Below, in pieces: positions 8,178 to 15,980 of a DNA stretch of 22,203 nt; within the stretch, counting starts at the first letter, position 1, and each line of letters starts with the position of its first letter. The DNA lies in IMG/VR virus record IMGVR_UViG_3300029922_000040. One strand, written 5' to 3'. The position numbers were made by a program, and so were the translations under genes. The notes below the pieces were generated by a model. The model made no database searches and was not told the origin of the DNA. It was given only the letters and a program-made list of their open reading frames with translations. This DNA is from a virus. Lineage: Duplodnaviria; Heunggongvirae; Uroviricota; Caudoviricetes.

Positions 8178-8375
8178 ATGGTACTAAAAGTTGCCATAAC
8201 TATAGGGTTCTTTGCAATCGCCTTCTTCTTTTCGATGGTGATGAATCAGGTAGTCCATGCCTTCTTTACACCCGGTACGGCGGAGTATGTCATCGACGCC
8301 GTATCCGCAGGTCAAATACTTCTTATCCTTTATGCTACTGGATTTATGGACACCATCCGCAAAGTCAAGTATTAA
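8178..8375 (+). CDS. Small two-TM membrane protein (65 aa)
   Basis: GGAG RBS before ATG 8178; two hydrophobic segments. Confidence 0.6.
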   Translation: MVLKVAITIGFFAIAFFFSMVMNQVVHAFFTPGTAEYVIDAVSAGQILLILYATGFMDTIRKVKY

Positions 8376-8380
8376 GGTAC

Positions 8381-8674
8381 ATGACCCGAGTTGTGCATGT
8401 TCGTAAGGAATCCTTCGACCTCTATATTGGTCGTGCCTTTCAAGAGTTTTCCGAGTCAATTTGGCACAACCCCTTCCATGTTGGCTCGGATGGCAACCGA
8501 AAGGAAGTCCTAGCCAAATACCGTGCTTATCTTCTTTCCAACCCAGACCTGCTCGATCATCTTCATGAACTTCGTGGCAAAACCCTTGGCTGCTGGTGCA
8601 AACCCAAGTTAACTTGTCACGGAGATATTCTGGCGGAGATTGTAAATACCACCGATCCTTGCAGTATTCAGTAA
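8381..8674 (+). CDS. DUF4326 family protein (97 aa)
   Basis: RVVHVRK..DLYIGR..WHNPF..R.EVLAKYRAYL..LRGKTLGCWCKP..CHGDIL. AAGG RBS before ATG 8381; the track's 8174 start is a spurious extension. Confidence 0.85.
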   Translation: MTRVVHVRKESFDLYIGRAFQEFSESIWHNPFHVGSDGNRKEVLAKYRAYLLSNPDLLDHLHELRGKTLGCWCKPKLTCHGDILAEIVNTTDPCSIQ

Positions 8675-8676
8675 GT

Positions 8677-9249
8677 ATGAACACTGGAGACTTGGCAGTA
8701 TACATTCCCGAGAACCTCTTGTGTACTATTGTAGAGACCGACTACAAGGTAGAAGGGCGTCACAAAGTACACCCGACCAATAGCAAAGACAAAAAAGAGT
8801 TTCGGATACTACCCGCCGACAAACTCCGCCTCGCTACCGATGACGACTTGGATCACATCGAGTATCTCTACACCGATGAGGAAACAGGTCAGGTTGTCAG
8901 TATGAAGCTCAGGAAGGCATACGTCGAAGCCATCCCCCGGTACCTCTCCATCGGAAAGTCTTTGGTGGTCACTACCAAGGACATTCTCACACAGATAAAT
9001 GAACCAGACTCCGATGGCACTCGTCGCCAATTTCGTGCCGCTGTGGCATGGTGGATTGAAAAGGGGATCATCATCTGCTCCACAAATAGTGGGTACTTTG
9101 TCGCGGATAACTCAAAAGAAGTACAGGATTGCGTCACGAACAAAGAACGTCAGGCCGAGGGCAACCTAAGACGGGCTCGATTGCTTAAGAGCATGGATGT
9201 AGACGCCTCAAAGTTAGCTTTTCTAGCCCTGACAAATCAAGAAGGATGA
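8677..9249 (+). CDS. Two-domain protein: SH3/KOW-like N-terminus plus winged-helix-like C-terminus (190 aa)
   Basis: ATG lies 2 nt after the previous stop. The C-terminal RQFRAAVAWW..GIIICSTNSGYFVA..E..C pattern is typical of phage wHTH proteins. Confidence 0.55.
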   Translation: MNTGDLAVYIPENLLCTIVETDYKVEGRHKVHPTNSKDKKEFRILPADKLRLATDDDLDHIEYLYTDEETGQVVSMKLRKAYVEAIPRYLSIGKSLVVTTKDILTQINEPDSDGTRRQFRAAVAWWIEKGIIICSTNSGYFVADNSKEVQDCVTNKERQAEGNLRRARLLKSMDVDASKLAFLALTNQEG

Positions 9250-9620
9250 GCATGAATCTTCTCAAAGAAACCCTAAACTACCTTGAATACAAAGGGAAAT
9301 CCCCCAATACCATTAGATGGGTTGGGAGTTATGACGGTGAGTACCAAATCACATGGGAAGAGTTTACTGCCATCGCTGACATTGAGTACGACGCAGGTTA
9401 TGGCGGTCAGGAGATTGCTAACGATTTAGTTATTGTTGGAGATGATTGGTGGCTCGACCGGAGTGAGTACGATGGCTCTGAGGGATGGGCATATCATACC
9501 AGACCAGCCCCCCTTATTGGAGCTAAATCCTTTACTCGTGTCACTGACCCAAAGAATTCGTGCTGGGCATCCATCGAAGAGATGAATCGTCCCGGCGGTA
9601 AGTATGGAGACAACGAATGA
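9246..9620 (+). CDS. Conserved phage hypothetical protein (124 aa)
   Basis: ATGA overlap. NLLKETL..WEEF..ADIEYDAGYGGQEIANDLVIVGDDWWLDRSEYDGSEGW is a pattern I recognise from phage hypotheticals. Confidence 0.75.
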   Translation: MSMNLLKETLNYLEYKGKSPNTIRWVGSYDGEYQITWEEFTAIADIEYDAGYGGQEIANDLVIVGDDWWLDRSEYDGSEGWAYHTRPAPLIGAKSFTRVTDPKNSCWASIEEMNRPGGKYGDNE

Positions 9621-9802
9621 AGGAAGCCAAAGAAATAAGAAGGAGGGCTTTGTTGGACGCTATTCACGCCCAGTGTGGAAAGAAGTGTCCCGGACCGAGA
9701 GAAGACCATGGCATCGGTGACTACTTCTCCCACTGTGAAGCTTCCGGCGTGTGGAAACTCTACGAAAAGGAGTTTGGAAAACAAGAGGGTGATGAATCGT
9801 AA
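9617..9802 (+). CDS. Hypothetical Cys/His protein (61 aa)
   Basis: ATGA overlap with a GGAG RBS. Confidence 0.55.
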   Translation: MKEAKEIRRRALLDAIHAQCGKKCPGPREDHGIGDYFSHCEASGVWKLYEKEFGKQEGDES

Positions 9803-9830
9803 GATTGACACCGACCCAAAGGAGAAAGTA

Positions 9831-10013
9831 ATGAGCGACGACCGTATCTTGACTTCCATGCGAGGGATACTGTGGGAAGAGGCTAAAGGTAAACTTCGGG
9901 CTCTCCTGAACACCTATTACCCTGACCAAAACGGGACTGATTACTTTGAACCGATGGACAAGGCTGTGAACAAGTTCATCAAGAACGTCGAAGACAATGG
10001 ATGGGCTATATGA
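9831..10013 (+). CDS. Phage hypothetical protein (60 aa; alternative start 9792)
   Basis: GGAG RBS before ATG 9831; ILWEEAKGKLRALL helix. Confidence 0.6.
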   Translation: MSDDRILTSMRGILWEEAKGKLRALLNTYYPDQNGTDYFEPMDKAVNKFIKNVEDNGWAI

Positions 10014-10189
10014 ACGACGCCAAAATAAGACAGAAGTGCGAAGACTGCGGTAGGACAATGCGTTTTCGCAAGAAGACGCAAGACTGGACACATAAGAGTA
10101 TGCAGGATTGGATGAGATGCCCCGGCCCAAAGGGTTTTCAACAATTCTATCAACAGAACCACACGACACTACTGCGAGGGGCAAAATGA
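10010..10189 (+). CDS. Small CxxC protein (59 aa)
   Basis: ATGA overlaps at both ends; CEDCGR motif. Confidence 0.55.
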   Translation: MNDAKIRQKCEDCGRTMRFRKKTQDWTHKSMQDWMRCPGPKGFQQFYQQNHTTLLRGAK

Positions 10190-10680
10190 ACCACAAGCTT
10201 GACACCGACACTCAGGTGTTCTTCTACGAGCAGGACTTCTATGTTCTGTCCAACTTCTCTGCATTCACCTTGAAGTGGGAGAATATCCGTTTCGATACCT
10301 CTGAGGCGGTCTACCATTGGGAGAAGTTTAACTACACAGCCGATACCCCGTTTAAACAACTCCAACTAGTCGGTATTCAGCTTGCTCTCGTACAAGCCCC
10401 CTCCGCTCATGAAGCGTTCAAAATAGCCGAGAAAAACAAGGAACACAGGAAGCCGGACTGGGATATGGTTAAACTCCCCATCATGGCTAACATCCTCCGT
10501 GCCAAGGCAGCACAGCATGAGTACGTACGCCGCAAGCTGCTGGCGACCGGCAACCGCGAATTGATTGAAGACTCGTGGCGGGATAGCTACTGGGGTTGGG
10601 GTGAGGACGGTAAGGGTCGGAACTGGTTGGGCAAGTTGTGGATGGCGATTCGCGAGGAGCTAAGATGTCAATCGACTTGA
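10186..10680 (+). CDS. NADAR (YbiA/DUF1768) family glycohydrolase (164 aa)
   Basis: FFY..LSNFS..F.TSEAVYHWEKF..DWDMVK..M..LRAK.AQH..LLATGNRELIEDS.RDSYWGWG..G.NWLGKLWMAIREEL; ATGA overlap at 10186. Confidence 0.9.
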   Translation: MNHKLDTDTQVFFYEQDFYVLSNFSAFTLKWENIRFDTSEAVYHWEKFNYTADTPFKQLQLVGIQLALVQAPSAHEAFKIAEKNKEHRKPDWDMVKLPIMANILRAKAAQHEYVRRKLLATGNRELIEDSWRDSYWGWGEDGKGRNWLGKLWMAIREELRCQST

Positions 10681-10835
10681 AAGCGTATCTTGAAGGACTA
10701 AAAAACCAGCCCAATGGAGACGATGTGTATGAGTTCCCCTGCGACTATCAAGATACCTACGACTTGGGTATTAAACATGGGAAGGTACAGATGGCACAAG
10801 AACTGTGGAAGCTTCTCGGGTTTGACATTCAATAG
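10665..10835 (+). CDS. Hypothetical protein (56 aa)
   Basis: GAGGAG RBS before ATG 10665. Confidence 0.55.
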   Translation: MSIDLKAYLEGLKNQPNGDDVYEFPCDYQDTYDLGIKHGKVQMAQELWKLLGFDIQ

Positions 10836-10838
10836 TAG

Positions 10839-11111
10839 ATGAATAGAACAACCACACCTGAAGACCGAGCTATCTGCACAAGATGCAGACAGGACAAGCT
10901 ACGCAAATTTTTCCACAAAGACCGAAAGAGGCCGAATGGGCTTTGCAAAACACACATCTCCAAGCTGCGAAAACGACTTGCCGTGGACCATGACCACGTG
11001 ACCGGAGAAGTTCGAGGGCTGCTCTGCAATGTATGCAACCCGTCCTTAGGTGGGTTTAATGATGACATTACCCTCCTTGAAGCAGCTATAGCTTATTTGA
11101 GAGGACACTGA
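10839..11111 (+). CDS. Endonuclease VII-family (His-Me) protein with an in-frame internal deletion (90 aa)
   Basis: The N-terminal CTRC..RPNGL is fused directly to [32 protein letters not shown]. The central helix and first Cys of CAIC seen in the paralog at 12837 are missing. Confidence 0.75.
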   Translation: MNRTTTPEDRAICTRCRQDKLRKFFHKDRKRPNGLCKTHISKLRKRLAVDHDHVTGEVRGLLCNVCNPSLGGFNDDITLLEAAIAYLRGH

Positions 11112-12823
11112 TGCGTACCTATGGTTCGTGTACCTACAATAAACGTAATCAGTGTTGGGACTTAGTGGTCGAGCCGCACGTTGCTATCAGGCTTAAACGT
11201 GTGTTCGCGAAGATTGATACGTGGCAGTACGGCAAGCAGTCTATCTCTGCTACGCCTGAGAATTGCCGCGACCTTCAGTGGTTCCTCGACCGCTATCCAT
11301 TAGAAGTCTACCCTTTTGAGCTTCTCGCTGAACGGGCTCAGGAGCATCGTGAGCGTCAGTCTCTTATTGAACAACTCCTCAATGGACACATGGAGCGGGA
11401 AGCTTTCAAGTTGAAGATTCCTCCACGGGAATATCAGGCGTTGGCCGCTCACATGTGGTTGACGGCTGGTGGTTTGTTGTTGGCTGACGACGTTGGGCTG
11501 GGTAAAACCTGCACAGCCATCGCGGGACTCAGCGAACCGAAGACGCTCCCGGCGCTTGTCGTCACCCTCACTCACTTGCCTTTTCAGTGGCGTGACGAAG
11601 TGAACAAGTTCACTGACCTCACCACGCACATTCTGAAGAAGGGTACTCCTTACGACATCCTGAAGTACACTAAGGGTAGATTACCCGATGTGTTCATCAC
11701 TAACTACGCCAAACTTGGCGGGTGGGCAGAGACCCTCGCCCCCCTGCTGAAGTCGGTTGTATTTGATGAGATTCAGGAACTCCGCCACAACGGCACGCAG
11801 AAATACAACGCGGCCAAACACATCGCCGATGCGTGTACCTTCCGCCTCGGTACGTCGGCCACGCCCATCTACAACTACGGCGGAGAAATCTTCAACATCA
11901 TTGACGTGCTGCTCCCGGATTCACTGGGCACCAAGGATGAGTTCATTCGCGAGTGGTGCATTTACCAGTTCGGCGACAAGCTGAAAATCAAAGACCCCGC
12001 AGCGTTCGGTCTGTTCGCACGCGAGAACGGTCTCATGCTCCGCCGCACCCGCATCGAGGTCAAGCGTGAACTCCCGCCTGTCACTGTGGTGCCTCACCAC
12101 ATTGATGTGGACGCCAAGGCACTCGACCACATGAAGGGTCAGGCTATCGAACTTGCCAAGCTGATTCTCAAACAGACGCAAGACTTCAAAGGCCAGAAGA
12201 TGCAAGCGGCTGGCGAGTTTGACATCAAGATGCGGCAAGCCACCGGCATCGCCAAGGCACCGTACGTGGCCGAGTTTGTCAAGTTCCTCATCGCCGACAA
12301 TACGGAGCCCGTGGTGGTCTACGCATGGCATCGGGAGGTCTACGACATCCTCATGGAGCGGTTGAAGGAATTCAACCCGGTCATGTACACCGGCTCCGAG
12401 ACACCGAATCAAAAGGAAGCCTCCAAGCAAGCCCTCATCAGCGGCAAGTCGCGAGTCCTGCTTGTCTCGCTGCGTGCCGGAGCGGGTATGGATGGGTTAC
12501 AGGACGTATGTCACCTTGCTGTGTTTGCTGAACTTGACTGGTCACCGGGAGTTCATGAGCAGTGTGTCGGTCGTATCCACCGCGATGGTCAGGACGAACC
12601 ATGCACGATTTATTATCTGCTGTCCGAGCATGGTTCAGACCCGATTATGGGAGACATCTTGGGAATCAAGCGGCAGCAGATTGAGGGTGTACGAGACCCA
12701 AATCAAGACCTTGTGACGAAACTGCAAGTGGAAGCCGACTACATAAAACGTATGGCTGAGCGGTTCCTTACAGACCATGGTATCGAGTTACCAAAAGAGG
12801 AGACTATTGAACCCCTTTTATAG
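11111..12823 (+). CDS. SNF2/SF2-type helicase-ATPase (570 aa)
   Basis: Motif I LLADDVGLGKT, II VFDEIQE, III TSATPIYN, V SLRAGAGMDGLQ, AELDWSP, VI QCVGRIHRDGQ; TGATG coupling to the upstream gene. Confidence 0.9.
   Translation: MRTYGSCTYNKRNQCWDLVVEPHVAIRLKRVFAKIDTWQYGKQSISATPENCRDLQWFLDRYPLEVYPFELLAERAQEHRERQSLIEQLLNGHMEREAFKLKIPPREYQALAAHMWLTAGGLLLADDVGLGKTCTAIAGLSEPKTLPALVVTLTHLPFQWRDEVNKFTDLTTHILKKGTPYDILKYTKGRLPDVFITNYAKLGGWAETLAPLLKSVVFDEIQELRHNGTQKYNAAKHIADACTFRLGTSATPIYNYGGEIFNIIDVLLPDSLGTKDEFIREWCIYQFGDKLKIKDPAAFGLFARENGLMLRRTRIEVKRELPPVTVVPHHIDVDAKALDHMKGQAIELAKLILKQTQDFKGQKMQAAGEFDIKMRQATGIAKAPYVAEFVKFLIADNTEPVVVYAWHREVYDILMERLKEFNPVMYTGSETPNQKEASKQALISGKSRVLLVSLRAGAGMDGLQDVCHLAVFAELDWSPGVHEQCVGRIHRDGQDEPCTIYYLLSEHGSDPIMGDILGIKRQQIEGVRDPNQDLVTKLQVEADYIKRMAERFLTDHGIELPKEETIEPLL
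12803..12823 (+). promoter_or_regulatory. Candidate phage promoter motif ACTAT-N11-TATAG
   Basis: Lies in the last helicase codons, 13 nt before the endonuclease ATG. Confidence 0.45.
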
Positions 12824-12836
12824 GGGGTGTTTCTTA

Positions 12837-13337
12837 ATGGAAGTCGTCAAATTGTGTACCAAGTGTGGTAAGCCCGGTAAGTTTGGTAGGAGGAAACGAA
12901 GCAAGGATGGGCTTAAGTCTGCCTGTAACAAATGCGAGAGTTTACGTCAGAAAAAGTGGTATGCAGAAAACTCAGACCGATTCAAAGGCTATGTACGAAA
13001 TTGGAATGAGCGCCACCCCGAACAGTATAAGGCAATCAGAAAATCCTCATCGCTCAAACGTCTGTATGGTCTAAGCACCGATGATTTTTTGTTGCTACTC
13101 AAGCTGCAAGATAACAAATGCGCGATTTGCCGTTTGGAGTTCACTGAAAGCCGACTACCCTACGTTGACCATGACCATGCAGTCGCAAAGACGGACAAAC
13201 GAAAGAGTGTACGTGGTCTTCTGTGCCATCGTTGCAACGTGGGTATCGGTCAATTCGAAGAAAATTTGGAGCGGTTTATGGCTGCGGTTCAGTATTTGAA
13301 GTCAAGGGTGTTCTCGCCCGTGTGGGGAGAATCTTAA
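12837..13337 (+). CDS. Endonuclease VII-family free-standing (putative homing) endonuclease (166 aa)
   Basis: N-terminal CTKC..DGLKSACNKC zinc finger, YGLSTDDF..Q..KCAIC, VDHDH and VRGLLCHRCNVGIG; AGGGGG RBS before ATG 12837. Confidence 0.85.
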   Translation: MEVVKLCTKCGKPGKFGRRKRSKDGLKSACNKCESLRQKKWYAENSDRFKGYVRNWNERHPEQYKAIRKSSSLKRLYGLSTDDFLLLLKLQDNKCAICRLEFTESRLPYVDHDHAVAKTDKRKSVRGLLCHRCNVGIGQFEENLERFMAAVQYLKSRVFSPVWGES

Positions 13338-13361
13338 GTTTAATCGAACCGGAGGAGTTTT

Positions 13362-13616
13362 ATGTTTAAGAAAACGCAAACCAGCATTAACATCCACGAA
13401 ACCATCCAGCAGTTTCCTCATTGTGACCAGAGGATTCTACACGCCCCCGGCGAGTGTGAATACTGCGACAAACACAAAGACTGGCAAGCCCTGCGTGCTG
13501 CTTGGGGTATTGCCTTTACTGGCTGGGAGCCGGAGGGTAAGGAACTGCCATGCCCCGCCGATCATGCCCGTGGAAAGACCCACACACTGTGGCCGGGAAA
13601 TCAGGCAACAAAATGA
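13362..13616 (+). CDS. Conserved phage Cys/His protein (84 aa)
   Basis: GGAGGAG RBS; QFPHCDQRILHAPGECEYCD..WGIAFTG..PCPAD pattern. Confidence 0.7.
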   Translation: MFKKTQTSINIHETIQQFPHCDQRILHAPGECEYCDKHKDWQALRAAWGIAFTGWEPEGKELPCPADHARGKTHTLWPGNQATK

Positions 13617-14044
13617 AACTAGCCAAGATTGCACATTACAGATGCGACAGTTACGAGAATGCATCGTACGTCACAATACCAGAAGACATGACGGCTGAGC
13701 GTCTGGAAGAACTGATTGGCCTCGCATCAAATAAGGCACTTGAGGCCGAACGGATAGCCAAAAAAGCCGCTCCTTTATACCCTGACCAGAGAACTCTCAT
13801 TCAGACTATGCCCAAAGACACTACTATCGCTCAGATAGAAGCCGAGTTGGAAAAAAAGAAAGCAGAATACGTCGAGTGGGAAAAGCTAAAGAACCAGTCA
13901 CAACGGTCATTCTATAGCTGGTTGAAAGAAGTCAGTGAAGGGGAAGTTATTGCTATTCACGACCGTGAATTCGACGATTTTGAAGTGGAGTGTCATTGGG
14001 GACACAACCACGGATTGAGCCCCGACTACTCGGAGGAGCTATGA
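13613..14044 (+). CDS. Hypothetical protein (143 aa)
   Basis: ATGA overlaps at both ends. Confidence 0.65.
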   Translation: MKLAKIAHYRCDSYENASYVTIPEDMTAERLEELIGLASNKALEAERIAKKAAPLYPDQRTLIQTMPKDTTIAQIEAELEKKKAEYVEWEKLKNQSQRSFYSWLKEVSEGEVIAIHDREFDDFEVECHWGHNHGLSPDYSEEL

Positions 14045-14241
14045 GTTGGACAAGGTGTGACCACGTGACAGATGACGGCTCTGTGTGTGGGCAGCAGTGT
14101 GAAGAAGCGGCCTCGTGGCGAGTTAACAATCAGGCTGAAGATGACAGTGATTATGAGGAGTTTGTAGTTTGTAACTTCCACCTTCACCTCGTTGCTCCTT
14201 GGATTGGTATATGCCGCTCCCAACCAACTGCCAGAGTGTAA
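14041..14241 (+). CDS. Small Cys-rich hypothetical protein (66 aa)
   Basis: GGAGG RBS and ATGA overlap; C-x9-C-x3-C and CxxH motifs. Confidence 0.5.
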   Translation: MSWTRCDHVTDDGSVCGQQCEEAASWRVNNQAEDDSDYEEFVVCNFHLHLVAPWIGICRSQPTARV

Positions 14242-14491
14242 CGCAGTCATCAAAGCGTACTTCAACTCATACGACAACACCGTGTTTTATCTCCCTCCGA
14301 ATCCTGACTATGCTTACCATGCTTCAGGACGTAATCAGGCGACCCGTGAAGAGTCGGATGCCTATCAGGCACGTATTGAGGCTGTGCTCCCCGAAGACGC
14401 TATCTGGCTCCCAAAATCCAGCAACTATATCATGCCAATTCTAACGCATCTTGGATTGGCCGATGATGCACACCGACTAACGTGGTGGTAA
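14192..14491 (+). CDS. Hypothetical protein (up to 99 aa; start uncertain)
   Basis: The only + frame that fills 14241-14491; no clear RBS. Confidence 0.4.
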   Translation: MLLGLVYAAPNQLPECNAVIKAYFNSYDNTVFYLPPNPDYAYHASGRNQATREESDAYQARIEAVLPEDAIWLPKSSNYIMPILTHLGLADDAHRLTWW

Positions 14492-14493
14492 AT

Positions 14494-14664
14494 ATGAGCA
14501 AGCTTGAAGACTTCGGTGGCGAAGAAGCTACAGCGGCTGAGTACAGCAACCATAAATCAGAAAGCCAATCAAACTATCGCGGTGGTGTACGGTCGCCTAT
14601 AAACAACAATTGGGCTCCAATCTCTGGCCCCGGAATACCAAACAAACGCAGTATTAAGGAATGA
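14494..14664 (+). CDS. Hypothetical protein (56 aa)
   Basis: ATG 2 nt after the previous stop. Confidence 0.4.
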   Translation: MSKLEDFGGEEATAAEYSNHKSESQSNYRGGVRSPINNNWAPISGPGIPNKRSIKE

Positions 14665-14676
14665 CGGAGACCAACT

Positions 14677-15327
14677 ATGGCTACTAAGTATTCACAAATC
14701 CCGCAGAACAGTATCTTTACCGCCGCTGGTGGAACATACCGCAAGATTGATGACCTTTACTACGAGGATTTGAACACAGGGTTTCAGACTGTCTGGAGTC
14801 CAATCTTTGATAACACCATCGTTAGCAAATGGGATAAAGACGAGGAGCCAACAGGGGAGGTCAACACCAAGGACAAATTCCTCGTTGACCAACGCAGTCG
14901 CCTGATGCAACCCAACCCCAACTATCAATCACACCAATCCTGCGTGGCCGAACGTACCTTCGCTGAGATGTGGGGTACCGCTGAATACGACTGCGGCCCG
15001 GAAGAATATGAGTACATGGCGATGGTCTCCGTCCCGGCTGTTGGTGCCATGAAGGCTTTAGGTCAAGTCGTCGGAATGGATGGTTCCGCCATTGTCTGTT
15101 TTCCGGGCATTGTGGATATTCTGACGGTGGCCTACGAAGAGTACAAGAATAACCATGCCGAACCGGAGTACGAAGAGTACACGAAGACCGAACCGGAGGT
15201 TGACTCTTTTAAGGCAATCAAGAAAGTAAAGAAGCCCTCCGCCAAGAAGGCTGTGAAGCCCATCAAGAAAACCCCAACAAAGAAATCTCCGGCCAAGAAG
15301 GCTGCGAAGAAGAAGGCGAAACAGTAA
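14677..15327 (+). CDS. Protein with an acidic core and a histone H1-like Lys/Ala/Pro tail (216 aa)
   Basis: GGAG RBS; C-terminus KKVKKPSAKKAVKPIKKTPTKKSPAKKAAKKKAKQ. Confidence 0.75.
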   Translation: MATKYSQIPQNSIFTAAGGTYRKIDDLYYEDLNTGFQTVWSPIFDNTIVSKWDKDEEPTGEVNTKDKFLVDQRSRLMQPNPNYQSHQSCVAERTFAEMWGTAEYDCGPEEYEYMAMVSVPAVGAMKALGQVVGMDGSAIVCFPGIVDILTVAYEEYKNNHAEPEYEEYTKTEPEVDSFKAIKKVKKPSAKKAVKPIKKTPTKKSPAKKAAKKKAKQ

Positions 15328-15896
15328 TGACAAGACGCTCAACACAAAGTCTGCAAAACAAGTCGTTGAAGATGCGGTACCTCGATTCTGCTCAAAAGTT
15401 TGTTAAGCAATTACAGGACGAGAACGAACAACTGAAAACCAATCCTGACACTTTGATTGGTCAGGTTATCCCTCAATTGCGTGAGGCCATCCACCAGAAC
15501 AAGAAGCTCTCTGTTCTGGCTGCATCCCTCATTCAGGCCAGTGGTGGAAGCATTACCGTGTCGAAGGCTGTGCTTGAGTCCTTTGAGTCGAAGGTGCTTA
15601 ACATCAAGTGGGCCGTTCCCGATGGTGTTGAGAGTGTAGACGCTGCCACTGAACTAATCTTCCGCTATGAGGCATTGACTCCGGAAGAAGTTTCCGCTCG
15701 TCAAGCACAGGAGCAAGTTGACAACCCAATTGAAGATGAGACTTCGGATGAAGAACTCACGAGAGAGGAAAAGGCACAGAAGTTCATTGAAGAATCAGGC
15801 AAGGAAATCCATACAAATGACTGTGCTACGTCTGTGGCACCAGCAGAGGAACCCGGCCCTTGCGATTGTACGACTGACGGGGTGTTAGTACCATAA
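15327..15896 (+). CDS. Coiled-coil/acidic protein with a C-terminal HxxDC...PCDC motif (189 aa)
   Basis: TAATG coupling; terminal HTNDCA..PGPCDC is a potential metal-binding site. Confidence 0.65.
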   Translation: MTRRSTQSLQNKSLKMRYLDSAQKFVKQLQDENEQLKTNPDTLIGQVIPQLREAIHQNKKLSVLAASLIQASGGSITVSKAVLESFESKVLNIKWAVPDGVESVDAATELIFRYEALTPEEVSARQAQEQVDNPIEDETSDEELTREEKAQKFIEESGKEIHTNDCATSVAPAEEPGPCDCTTDGVLVP

Positions 15897-15940
15897 GCTA
15901 AATCGAAAATTAGTGCCCTCGAAAGTGACTTCACGCGACG

Positions 15941-15960
15941 ACTTTTCCTTTCGTTAGTGA
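15941..15960 (+). promoter_or_regulatory. Variant of the candidate phage promoter motif, ACTTT-N10-AGTGA
   Basis: Intergenic, 20 nt before GTG 15981; a degenerate match. Confidence 0.3.
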
Positions 15961-15980
15961 ACGTCCTGATGAGGCGCACC

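Noticed and set aside
8174-8380. N-terminal extension of the DUF4326 ORF, and similar extensions at 1535, 8596, 9675, 10108, 12777 and 13550
   Set aside because: They overlap upstream genes; downstream starts have an RBS or stop-start coupling and coincide with domain starts.
2408-10838. Additional half-matches to the promoter motif (TATAG at 2408, 6925 and 7464; AGTAG at 10834; AGTGAG at 3875; ACTGG-N10-AGTGG at 7441)
   Set aside because: The upstream box is absent, too degenerate, or at the wrong spacing, so they were not counted.
3-12823. Inteins or group I introns in terL or the helicase
   Set aside because: Motifs are colinear, there are no splice-junction signatures (C/S start, HN-C/S/T end) or LAGLIDADG blocks, and the endonucleases lie between genes rather than within them.
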